A stretch of DNA of 21,955 bases from Candidatus Thorarchaeota archaeon (GCA_048882505.1 JBHLRO010000037.1:1-21955), one strand, 5' to 3'. Shown: positions 8,530 to 17,491, counted from the first letter of the stretch. Made by a program: numbers and translations. Notes: generated from the letters alone by a model not told the origin.

Positions 8530-9216
8530 TTATACCGAAGTTACTACTATCCTTTCCACAAGACCTTTTTTTAGAGCTAATGTTGTAATAAACCCTATTA
8601 TACCTAGCAAGATCGATGTGGCAATTATTGGGGCCAGAATCATTTGCAGTGTTACTGGTTCTGTTGCTTCCATAAACATCGATGGCAATAAAAAGAAAAT
8701 CATGATTGCGAAGGTAAACATAAATGAAAGATACTTCTGAGAAAGAATTAACGAGGCATAATATGTCAAATAATTTAGCGGCAGCGCAAGTATCAAAGCC
8801 ATTCCTAATATCGAAACCACAAAAAATGGATCCAAAAATCCTACAAATAAAATCGTTGAAATGTAGTTCACGAATACGAATACGAATACCACGGTTAAAA
8901 TGATCGGGGTCATGGCAACAAAACGGTAAAAGACTACCTCCAGTTTGGACATGGGAGCCATAAAGATTTGCTCCGTAACCTTGTCTGCCTTTTCCATTCC
9001 AAGTATTATTGTTGAAGAGGAGGCCGCCATCATGGCATATACGGGGATATACCCGATAAATACTGGCTCTAACTCCGAAGATGAGGGGATTCGAGCAAAC
9101 AAGATTAGATAAGTCACTTGCACTAAAACTAGCAATATGATTAAAAAACTCGTCTGTCCTCTTATTGTTTTGAAGATGAATCTGGATTCATTGAGAATGA
9201 ACCTTATTTTTTGCAT
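8530..9216 (-). CDS. ABC-2 type exporter permease (paralog 1)
   Basis: Same motif as 7722..8468. N-termini are homologous (MQKIRFILNESRFIFKTIR vs MNKIRFILNETGFIFRTIR). Starts 6 nt after the ATPase stop. Confidence 0.82.
   Translation of the reverse strand: MQKIRFILNESRFIFKTIRGQTSFLIILLVLVQVTYLILFARIPSSSELEPVFIGYIPVYAMMAASSSTIILGMEKADKVTEQIFMAPMSKLEVVFYRFVAMTPIILTVVFVFVFVNYISTILFVGFLDPFFVVSILGMALILALPLNYLTYYASLILSQKYLSFMFTFAIMIFFLLPSMFMEATEPVTLQMILAPIIATSILLGIIGFITTLALKKGLVERIVVTSV
8840..8986. repeat. 147-bp tract identical to 8032-8178
   Basis: See 8032-8178. Includes a (CGAATA)3 microsatellite encoding VFVFVF. Confidence 0.9.
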
Positions 9217-9222
9217 TTTTGT

Positions 9223-10149
9223 TTACTCGGAGCTATGCAGCTTGGCATAAATCGTTTCCAAACTATCCTTTTCTATTCTGGTTTCATAGAGCATCAAACC
9301 TTTAGCAAGTAGCATCTGGGTCATACGAGGTATATCCTCTCTGCTGTCAACAGTTACCAGCAGAGCATCATCCACCTCAGCTACATCGTAAGCGTCCAAG
9401 ACCCGATAGGCTTTGGCATTATCACTAGTAGACATCTTTACCGATATCGTTTTCCGTTTAAGTTTTTCATACAATCCAACGATTCTTCCCGTGAATAAGA
9501 TTTCTCCCTCCTTGATCAGGGTCACATAATCACAAAGTTCTTCTACATCTCCCAGGATGTGTGTGGATATCAGGGAGGTTACTCCGTTGTTTCTTTGATT
9601 TATGAGAATCTCTTTCAAACGATGTCTCCATGTGGGATCAATGTTCTGTAAAAACTCATCCAAAATTATTAGTTGGGGTTTTCCCATCATCCCTCGGGCG
9701 ATTGCTACCCGTTGCTTTGTTCCTGCTGAAAGTTTCCTAATGGCTGTATCGCGGTATTCCACCAGGTCGAGTTGAACGATAATCTCCTCAACCAAGGAGG
9801 TGCAATCAGTAATATCATATAATCGGCAAAAGCGGATTAAATTATCTCTGACACTCAGGGAGGAATACAATCCTAAGTTCTCTCCAACATACCCGAGTTG
9901 GGTCTTGGAATACGGCTGATCTGATAACTCCGTACCAAATATCTCAATCTTTCCGTCGCTGGCCTTCAATAGGCCCAAAATAATCCGAAAAAGTGTCGTT
10001 TTCCCAGCGCCGTTATGGCCAATGAGGCCATGAATCACACCTCGAGGGACATCAAATGTTACATCTTTTAACACCGTTTTCTGCCCGAAGTTCTTGAAGA
10101 CATTTCGAATTTTGATAGCTGATACCGCTTCACTTATCACCCGACACAC
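9223..10149 (-). CDS. ABC-2 type exporter ATP-binding subunit
   Basis: Walker A GHNGAGKTT, signature LSAGTKQR, Walker B LIILDE, H-loop STH, and a C-terminal domain ending in SLETIY. The real start is probably the GTG a few codons downstream, after the GAGGTG RBS. Confidence 0.93.
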   Translation of the reverse strand: MCRVISEAVSAIKIRNVFKNFGQKTVLKDVTFDVPRGVIHGLIGHNGAGKTTLFRIILGLLKASDGKIEIFGTELSDQPYSKTQLGYVGENLGLYSSLSVRDNLIRFCRLYDITDCTSLVEEIIVQLDLVEYRDTAIRKLSAGTKQRVAIARGMMGKPQLIILDEFLQNIDPTWRHRLKEILINQRNNGVTSLISTHILGDVEELCDYVTLIKEGEILFTGRIVGLYEKLKRKTISVKMSTSDNAKAYRVLDAYDVAEVDDALLVTVDSREDIPRMTQMLLAKGLMLYETRIEKDSLETIYAKLHSSE

Positions 10150-10761
10150 CTCAGTTAAACCGTCTTCTATTTCCAGAAATAAGGCCCTGACTATAATAAA
10201 GATGTTTGGATACTAGCAGTGAAACATATTTGTCATTGACAAACTTCGTTACTTTAGATGAGGAACGTAGGTATTAAGTTTTCGCATACACTAGAAGATG
10301 ATTTAGAGGGACGCTACAATCACCTCGTGTTTTTTCCGACCTTAATATTGCAGCAGATGTCCCTCGATAGGACGTAGGTCTTTTTCATTGAAGCCTTAAT
10401 TACGATAATGATCTTTATAGATCTCTCCTCCAACGTAGTTTCCATAGTGAGGATGTCCATCTCTATCACGAAGGATATCTTTGAAGAAATACCCTTTTGC
10501 TACCTAACTACCAAATAGCGAATTCATACTCAGATTCCTGCCTAGAAAACAGATCATCAGTCCGTACTGGTCATTAAATGTCATATCTTCCTTTCTTCTT
10601 CAGCCTCCGAGGTTCCTTTTTCCAGATTTGGCCCTCTCCCGTTTTATTTTTTGATTAATACTGAATTCAAAGCTTCTCTCATTAGATTAATATAGACAAT
10701 TAATCTCTTCTAACGGATTAAATTGGGAAGTTTCTTTCTACTAATGGAGGTGTAAACAACG

Positions 10762-11694
10762 GTGGATCGGTTTAATGTAATAAGTATTATTGCCGTTATC
10801 TTGGGGGCATCGGGAATGGCCCTTGGAGCGATTTATGTTGTAAATTTCCAAGTGATAGAAGGCCCGCCAGGTCCTCAAGGGCTTCAAGGTACCCAAGGAG
10901 TAAACGGAATCGATGGCCAAAATGGGATCGATGGTCTTAATGGAACAGATGGTCGCGATGCACCTGGTAGTATCATAGTTGGGATATTAGATCCTGACCA
11001 TGGAGATACTGTCTCAGGGGATGTCACAATAAGGGCCCTAATTTTTGGAAGTGAAAATTACTCTCTTTCCATTCTCCTAAATGGCACCGAGATTGGAACC
11101 TCTTTGCCTATGGTATGGAATAGCTTAACCGTTGCTGATGGCTGGTGGAATCTCACGGTGGTGGCTAGAGATCTTACGACAAATAATATTACTAGCGACG
11201 AGGTCGTCGGATACGTAAATAATTTCGGGTTCACATATGTTGATGTGTTCCCTTATATTATAATTCCCAATAATGGCTTCACTTCTGGAAGCACGAATGT
11301 AAATTTTGGCGGTTCCGCAGGAAACATCGTTCATGGTTCAACTTCGATGACGTCTGGAGCTTTTTGTTATTATCGATTTGTTGTTCCCGATAGTTATATC
11401 ACGACTGAAAACATCATATTTCACCTGGTATGGGCCTATTCTGGACTGAATCCCACCATTGACTACTTTATCGGTTTTTCTTATGACACGGATGGAAACC
11501 CAGATACGCCTTTTGCAGCTGGTCAGTCAAGTTGGACAGGAGCAGGTCAGAATAGAAGGAACTTTGAAATCCTAGGCGTCCAGAACATAAACCTACCTGG
11601 TGCTTTACTCACTGCCGAAGTCCATATGGAGGATCAAACCGGGGCAAGATATACTTCTTGCTTCGGGGTGTGGCTCGAAGTCCCAATAAGATGA
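10762..11694 (+). CDS. Membrane-anchored collagen-like surface protein with Ig-like and C-terminal beta-sandwich domains
   Basis: GGAGGTG RBS and GTG start, N-terminal TM, 11 consecutive Gly-X-Y triplets (10861-10959), then an Ig-like segment (ILDPDHGDTVSGDVTI...WNSLTVADGWWNLTVVARD). Confidence 0.82.
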   Translation: MDRFNVISIIAVILGASGMALGAIYVVNFQVIEGPPGPQGLQGTQGVNGIDGQNGIDGLNGTDGRDAPGSIIVGILDPDHGDTVSGDVTIRALIFGSENYSLSILLNGTEIGTSLPMVWNSLTVADGWWNLTVVARDLTTNNITSDEVVGYVNNFGFTYVDVFPYIIIPNNGFTSGSTNVNFGGSAGNIVHGSTSMTSGAFCYYRFVVPDSYITTENIIFHLVWAYSGLNPTIDYFIGFSYDTDGNPDTPFAAGQSSWTGAGQNRRNFEILGVQNINLPGALLTAEVHMEDQTGARYTSCFGVWLEVPIR

Positions 11695-11876
11695 TTTCCG
11701 CCCTAGTTGACGTCAGATGACCATTCCGTGAATAGATATAGGCCCCCAATACTTTGATATTGAACCAATTGGAAAATATTTTTAGGATGAATAGAATTTT
11801 CTCTCATAGCTCCTCGTACCTCTCAGAATGTTTTCAAAAACCGATTTGGCAAAATAAGCCTGGAAAAGAACTTCAG

Positions 11877-12335
11877 ATGAAGCTTAACCACCGGAAATCC
11901 GCTTTGTTTGGGATAATGATCGCTATTATTCTTGCAGGAGGCTTTTTTGGGGTTCTTTATTGGCTTCAATCTCCGACCAACCTCCAGATAGAGTTGAATC
12001 CTTCCTCGCCAGTGAGTGTCCAGTCGGGATCAAGTTTCGCTCTAGAAATTTCAGTACGAATCACCTCAGGATTTAAACCTCCCGCAAGACACGTACGAGG
12101 CGAACTGGAACTCCCAGAGGGTTTCATCGAGGATTCCCTCCAGACCAGGACACGACAACTTACCTTTGGTACTATTTGGCCTGGTGATGCCAGCCATTAT
12201 GGTTTAACCATAATCGTCTCAGACACCGTTACCCTTGGAGAATGTCAGGCCAACCTCACCATCTGGGGGGAGAACATACCTAAAGAGGTCATCCTCATCC
12301 AGATTTGTGTGAACTCTTCTAATTTTCCTGGGTGA
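11877..12335 (+). CDS. Membrane-anchored protein with a single Ig-like beta-sandwich domain
   Basis: Start moved from 11754 to the ATG at 11877, which gives a basic N-terminus plus TM (MKLNHRKSALFGIMIAIILAGGFFGVLYWL) followed by an alternating-residue, beta-rich domain (LELPEGF, FGTIWPGD). Confidence 0.7.
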   Translation: MKLNHRKSALFGIMIAIILAGGFFGVLYWLQSPTNLQIELNPSSPVSVQSGSSFALEISVRITSGFKPPARHVRGELELPEGFIEDSLQTRTRQLTFGTIWPGDASHYGLTIIVSDTVTLGECQANLTIWGENIPKEVILIQICVNSSNFPG

Positions 12336-12533
12336 AATGTATTCCAAAAACGAAACACCCTATTAAGACGATTTCTTCCTGATATATTGATCGTGCAGTT
12401 TATTGGGCATTCGATCTTCTCATGATCAATAATTAGAAATTCTTTCGCTCTTTTCATGAGCTAATAAGTGAGACCTCCGGTTACCTAGCGATGAGTGTTC
12501 AGATAACATTCCTCCTTCCTGGAGATTTCAGAA

Positions 12534-14705
12534 ATGGTGAATAACTGGTTATCAACGGTTCCTGTGTTCCACTTTAAACATATTCCAAGTGAAGTGAACA
12601 AAGATAGTGTTAAGGTCTTTAAAAATACTAAACACCTCTTTTCCCTCGAGTATGAAATTTACGCGCCCAACACCGTCCATATCAACTTGATTCCGTTTTC
12701 CTCAGGACGATTTCGGAAACCAAAACTCGAACAGGGGCTCGCCATCACCCAACTCTTTGCTTCTGAAATGGGATTACACCAGGATTTTCATCTCATCCAA
12801 GATTGGCGCATCCAGGTGGTATTCCCGTTCTTACAGCGTCGCCTTCAGATCGAGAAGAACGGCATAGAGTTCTACTGTGGTGGAATCTATGGCAAAGAGG
12901 GTACAAAAGATCGTGTTTTCACCACTTCTTCGGGATTCACAGATAGTCTCCTTGAAATTTTGACCGATTCCCCTCACTTTGCGCTCCTTCAAATGCTGTT
13001 TAAAGCCGTCAAAGTTCCCAAAGAATTTCAGACGGAAGGGGAACAAGATAAACGTATCCCCCAGGTTCGTTTTGACATTCAAGCCGGAACTGTCAGTAAA
13101 CGGTACGGGGCCCCCCATATTAATGTCATGGAAGAGGCAGGATGTTTTGAATTTTCTCCCCGGATTCTTCTGGCCGAATCTTCCAAAGAACGATTGAAGG
13201 AGAAGTTGAATCGCGTGGCAGCGGTCTTTCAGACCTATGGATTCAAAGTAAAGGAAATCCCCACCTTTTTCCACCGCTTTGCTCGCTTTAAGGGCCAGTG
13301 CGCCTCTCGAAAAATGCTCTCCCCCATTCTTTTGGATGGCCATTCTCTGATGAACCTCATTGTTCCCCCTCAGCGGCAATATACGCACGATGGCTATTCA
13401 TTGGTTCCCAACAAAACCCACTACTCCTTGTCCGCTAATGTTTCGCCTCCTACCTCGCAACACACCATCAATTTTGGCATTCCAATCTTAAGTGGTAAAA
13501 CCAATCCTACGCCGCTCTTTGTCGATGGAAAAGACCTATGTCGTCATATGGCTGTGTTTGGGATGACAGGGGAAGGAAAAAGCCGATTTGTGTATGGTCT
13601 GCTCAAGGAGTTTTTCTTGAAAGGAGTCAAGTTTATCATTTTTGATCCAAAAGGCGAATATCTCCGTCCTGTCCAGAGCTTCTGTTCTAATGTCCTATAT
13701 CTAAAGCCAGGATCCATTGAGTTCCCCTGGGGAGTCAATATCTTTCAGGTTTCCAAAGATGAGCGTGGAGAAGATCTTATCCCTCTGGAAGATCATGTTC
13801 AATTCGTTGTCTCTGTTTTTGAGAACATCCTGGATGATTCCGATGGGGTGTCCCCGCAGATGCGGCGGATGCTTCACCTGGCCATCCTACGGACGATTCA
13901 AGATCGAGGAGACTTTCGAACCCTACTTGATTATCTGGACGAACCGACTGTCCTGGGATTGAAAGGGGCTTATATTGAAAATACGGCTGCAGGTTTACTG
14001 AATCGGATCGAAAAACTCTTTTTCGGTAATACCGGACGCTCCTTTTCGGTGGCGGAGACCACTTTCGAGATCGCAGAACTCCTGAATCGCAATGTTATCA
14101 TTGACCTATCTGCGTTTGAAAGCATGGAAGATCAACGTGGACGGAATCTGTTTCTTGAAGTGATCTTGCACTACCTCTACTACTTCCTCCGTCGATTTCG
14201 TGAACCGATCAAAGAAGAATCGCTACCTCAGAATACTTTGATCTTCGACGAGGTACAAAAGCTCCTTCCCACCCCGAAACGCTGGAGCCGTCAACCCGAA
14301 TCCATGATTGGCAAAGGGCCCTGGACATTGCGAGCATACGATATTTCTATGATTTTCATTGGCACGGACCCTGTAGTAGATCAACCTATGTTGTCCAATA
14401 CAGGCATTACCACCATCTTCTACACCAATTACAATCCCCAAGTGGTATCTAATATGTTGGGATTATCTTATCATGATTATGACCAGATGCGCCGTCTTCT
14501 CAAGGCTAAAAATGAAGACCGTCGGTGTATCATTTCCGTCAATGGCCAGTCGTCCTTACTCAAAACGAATGAATTCCCCTTGGATGTCTCCCACGAGGTA
14601 GATTGGTCTCGGATACATCAACATCCCCTCCAACAGCAAATAAAACAGTCATATGATGGCCTTGTCTTTAATCCCGTCAATGAAATGCTCCGTAGAAGTC
14701 AATAA
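12534..14705 (+). CDS. HerA/FtsK-superfamily ATPase (DUF87-type) with an uncharacterised N-terminal region of about 300 aa
   Basis: RHMAVFGMTGEGKS (Walker A), FIIFDPKGEY (HerA/VirB4 motif), NVIIDLS, LIFDEVQ (Walker B), LRAYDISMIFIGTD (Arg-finger region). Confidence 0.88.
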   Translation: MVNNWLSTVPVFHFKHIPSEVNKDSVKVFKNTKHLFSLEYEIYAPNTVHINLIPFSSGRFRKPKLEQGLAITQLFASEMGLHQDFHLIQDWRIQVVFPFLQRRLQIEKNGIEFYCGGIYGKEGTKDRVFTTSSGFTDSLLEILTDSPHFALLQMLFKAVKVPKEFQTEGEQDKRIPQVRFDIQAGTVSKRYGAPHINVMEEAGCFEFSPRILLAESSKERLKEKLNRVAAVFQTYGFKVKEIPTFFHRFARFKGQCASRKMLSPILLDGHSLMNLIVPPQRQYTHDGYSLVPNKTHYSLSANVSPPTSQHTINFGIPILSGKTNPTPLFVDGKDLCRHMAVFGMTGEGKSRFVYGLLKEFFLKGVKFIIFDPKGEYLRPVQSFCSNVLYLKPGSIEFPWGVNIFQVSKDERGEDLIPLEDHVQFVVSVFENILDDSDGVSPQMRRMLHLAILRTIQDRGDFRTLLDYLDEPTVLGLKGAYIENTAAGLLNRIEKLFFGNTGRSFSVAETTFEIAELLNRNVIIDLSAFESMEDQRGRNLFLEVILHYLYYFLRRFREPIKEESLPQNTLIFDEVQKLLPTPKRWSRQPESMIGKGPWTLRAYDISMIFIGTDPVVDQPMLSNTGITTIFYTNYNPQVVSNMLGLSYHDYDQMRRLLKAKNEDRRCIISVNGQSSLLKTNEFPLDVSHEVDWSRIHQHPLQQQIKQSYDGLVFNPVNEMLRRSQ

Positions 14706-14735
14706 GAGCGTACAGCTCCGAGTTCTCGTGGCTGA
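14574..14735 (+). repeat. R1 copy 2: 3' end of the intact ATPase gene plus 30 nt beyond its stop
   Basis: Core TTTAATCCCGTCAATGAAAT at 14667-14686, aligned TGA at 14733-14735. Confidence 0.88.
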
Positions 14736-14886
14736 ACCAGGATATAAACAGTGGATTGCTTTTAGTTCTTTTTTTAGGAAACACAGCCCTTTCGGTGGTC
14801 AACTTTTTAAACGAGCTTCTCTCCCCTTGAGCCAAGCTCCTGAAATCTCCTAGTCAACTCACAGAAAGTGACGGGGTATCCGTAGA

Positions 14887-16530
14887 ATGATCGTTAACGT
14901 CATTAAAGACCTGTTTGAGCATGGACAATTCCAGACCATCCACGATCGGCTCGCTCAACCAGACATCCAAACCAAAATCGCTGCGCTCAGCGAACCTGAC
15001 CAAATGGAACTCAGTTATTACCACAGCAATACCCTGATAACGTTGGGGGATTCCAAACATGGACTTCATGTGGCCACCGCCGCCCACACAATCCTTCAGG
15101 CAACAGACAAGAAGTCTCCGTTGCTTCTAGCATCATTGAGCTCTCAAATTCGTGCTTTGGAAAGCTTAGGGGAGATCGACCAAGCCCTGAAACTCCTCAA
15201 ACAGGGGGACCTGCTCTTAAAGGCGCTAACCATGGAAGATCGAGCGCCCCCCTCTGTATGGATTCCCGTCTTCAATCTAATCAAGGGGTCGTTTTGGGCA
15301 GATAATAACCAAAATCTCGCGTTAGACTCCCTTTCCCAGGCCCTAACTAGCTTTGAGAGCCTGGATACCCCGTCCCACCTGGCTGCTACTTTAGTGGAAA
15401 TAGGCTATGCCAATTACCACAAAGGGGAATATGATACTACGGTAGAATACTGCCAACGGGCGCTCGCTATATACGAAAAGTTAAAACACAACCGAGGGAT
15501 TGCAAGCGCATTTCTCATCATGGGGCTTGTCTATGACCGGAAGGGCGAAAGGGACACCATGGCCGAGTACTATCAACGCAGTTTAACGTTCGCTGAGGCC
15601 AGTGGCCTTTCACGCTGGATTGCCGTGACGTTAACGTATGTTGGGGTGGTCTATGTTGAAAAATCCGAGTATGATACCGCTTTAGGGTACTTACGACGAT
15701 CTTTATCCCTCGCGGAATCCCTAGATGACCAGGCGCGCATTGCTGATACCTCTGATATTATTGGTTGGGCGTATTATAAGAAAGGGGAGTTAGAGAAGGC
15801 CGACGAATATTGTCGAAAAAGCCTCCTTATTGCGAACCTTCTAGAGAACGCCGTGTTGCAGAGAAGAGGCTTAGTTCGTCTTATTCAGCTAGCTTTATCC
15901 CGCCAGGATCTCGTTCAAGCCCAAACATACCTGACTACCCTACAAAACCTAGCGACCAGGTCATCTAGCGAGGATATCCACTTCCGAAGCCGTCTAATGG
16001 AAGCGATGGTCTCCAAGGCCAGTCCACAGCTGACCGACAAAGTTCAAGCTCTAACCGTTCTAAAGCAACTGGTAACGGAGGAGCATTTTAGAAAACGATG
16101 GGATTTGGCAATGCAGTCCTTACTCCATCTGTGTGATCTTTTGATCTTTGAAGCACGAGCAACTGGGGAAGAAGAGGCCTGGGAAAAAGCGAAAACGTTT
16201 CTTGACCAGTTCTCCAACCGTGCCCAAAACAAAAAGGACTCTGAGTTTATGACAGAAGGCTTAGTGTTGCAAGCCAAATTTGCTCAGATTGACGGAGAGC
16301 TGCAACAAGCCCAAACCCACCTTAGTGAAGCCAAAGCGCTCGCCATGGGTCTGGATCAGCCCTTAATCGTAGCCCGGGTAGAAGCAGCACAAACACAATT
16401 GGCTACAGACTTCGAAAAATCGGCCGACTTAATCCGCCGGAACGCGCCCCTACAGGAACGGTTAATGGAGGCGCGCCTAGAAGAATATCTGCAGAGCGCA
16501 ATTCGTCAGGTAAAACACCATCACAGATAA
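14887..16530 (+). CDS. Tetratricopeptide repeat protein (MalT/TPR_12-like helical solenoid)
   Basis: Successive 40-aa-type repeats (e.g. LVEIGYANYHKGEYDTTVEYCQRALAIYEKL; FLIMGLVYDRKGERDTMAEYYQRSLTFAEAS; LTYVGVVYVEKSEYDTALGYLRRSLSLAESL). No catalytic domain recognised. Confidence 0.88.
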   Translation: MIVNVIKDLFEHGQFQTIHDRLAQPDIQTKIAALSEPDQMELSYYHSNTLITLGDSKHGLHVATAAHTILQATDKKSPLLLASLSSQIRALESLGEIDQALKLLKQGDLLLKALTMEDRAPPSVWIPVFNLIKGSFWADNNQNLALDSLSQALTSFESLDTPSHLAATLVEIGYANYHKGEYDTTVEYCQRALAIYEKLKHNRGIASAFLIMGLVYDRKGERDTMAEYYQRSLTFAEASGLSRWIAVTLTYVGVVYVEKSEYDTALGYLRRSLSLAESLDDQARIADTSDIIGWAYYKKGELEKADEYCRKSLLIANLLENAVLQRRGLVRLIQLALSRQDLVQAQTYLTTLQNLATRSSSEDIHFRSRLMEAMVSKASPQLTDKVQALTVLKQLVTEEHFRKRWDLAMQSLLHLCDLLIFEARATGEEEAWEKAKTFLDQFSNRAQNKKDSEFMTEGLVLQAKFAQIDGELQQAQTHLSEAKALAMGLDQPLIVARVEAAQTQLATDFEKSADLIRRNAPLQERLMEARLEEYLQSAIRQVKHHHR

Positions 16531-16606
16531 GACGAATTGACACTGACAGGCTGAGAGCACGCATCTAATTGATTCTTTAAATATGGAAAGACGTATGGAG
16601 CCCTGA

Positions 16607-16699
16607 AAAGAATCCTATAAAGCCCGCGTCTTCAACCCCGTCAATAAAATCTTATGACGGAGTCAACAGGAGCACACACCTCAGAAAAAACCGTATTGA
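16607..16699 (+). pseudogene. R1 copy 3: decayed HerA-like 3'-end relic
   Basis: Reads KESYKARVFNPVNKIL*RSQQEHTPQKKPY*. Core TTCAACCCCGTCAATAAAAT at 16631-16650. Bases 16628-16672 vs 18409-18453 are 38/45 identical. TGA at 16697-16699. Confidence 0.85.
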
Positions 16700-16840
16700 C
16701 ATAAATTGGGAAAACAGTTCTTCTAAGGTGCATATGTTGAAGGACTAATGCCATATTTCAATATAATAAACATTATTAATCCTTTAATTTTCTTCATTAC
16801 AATTCATTGAAAATCATTCGAAACAGAGGAATGTGAAAAT

Positions 16841-17491
16841 TTGTCGGGAAAAGCAATATTTGCAACTGTATTAATTTCTGTGATCGCTACAACCTCAATT
16901 GGTGTGTTTTTAATTCCTATTACTACTCCAATAATATCTAACATGTTTCCTGATTTGATACCACGATCTGGTGAAAATGCTACTACTGTCATCCAAAATA
17001 ATACCACCGTTAATATCCTAAATGATACAAATCTCATTCTCCAATCCCGCTACCTTGAAACGAGTTCAAAAGCTCAAATCTTTGATGAAAACACAACTTA
17101 TCAACCTATTCCAAACACAAATTTGTCAATAACTATCCAAGACAATTCAAAAATTTCAGTAGAATTCTCTAGCATCGTTATCCTTGGACGAGGACCTGGA
17201 CAAGTTGGATTTATGGCCATGTACATCCAGATTCGAGTGGGAAGCTTCAGTAATCGAACCTTGCAACCAGGCTACTTTTTCGCAACGGCAGCTGCTTCAT
17301 CGGAATCTTATTTCAATTACGTTCATGTCTATTTTGAAACGTCACCCTTATCCGCGGGAACATATGATATCACCACTCATTATAAGACGGGTAGCCCAGT
17401 AGCTGGGTCTAACATATATGAACTATCCGAAGGAGGAGGATCGCTGACCTTTCCACGCACCCTCCTCGTTCAAGAGATGAAAACCACCTAA
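16841..17491 (+). CDS. Membrane-anchored surface protein with beta-rich (jelly-roll-like) ectodomain
   Basis: TTG start after GAGGA, N-terminal TM, many N-x-S/T sequons (NAT, NNT, NDT, NTT, NLS, NRT), alternating beta-strand pattern. Confidence 0.72.
   Translation: MSGKAIFATVLISVIATTSIGVFLIPITTPIISNMFPDLIPRSGENATTVIQNNTTVNILNDTNLILQSRYLETSSKAQIFDENTTYQPIPNTNLSITIQDNSKISVEFSSIVILGRGPGQVGFMAMYIQIRVGSFSNRTLQPGYFFATAAASSESYFNYVHVYFETSPLSAGTYDITTHYKTGSPVAGSNIYELSEGGGSLTFPRTLLVQEMKTT

Noticed and set aside
11754-11876. N-terminal extension of the 11754..12335 ORF
   Set aside because: TTG start without RBS and a promoter-like, non-protein-like extension; the ATG at 11877 gives a normal anchor sequence.
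12245-12457. 70-aa ORF on the - strand with a GGAGGT upstream
   Set aside because: Overlaps the 3' end of 11877..12335, the RBS spacing is long, and no family is recognisable.
12831-13388. 185-aa antisense ORF, and the other short ORFs nested in the HerA, TPR, permease, EamA and FG-GAP genes
   Set aside because: Antisense or alternate-frame shadows of well-supported CDSs, with no motifs or RBS support.
14706-14853. VLVAEPGYKQWIAF segment as a methyltransferase relic
   Set aside because: Too short, and it partly overlaps the R1 tail in another frame.
16638-16660. CCGTCA-N11-TGACGG inverted repeat in R1 copy 3
   Set aside because: Not conserved in the other three copies, so probably incidental.
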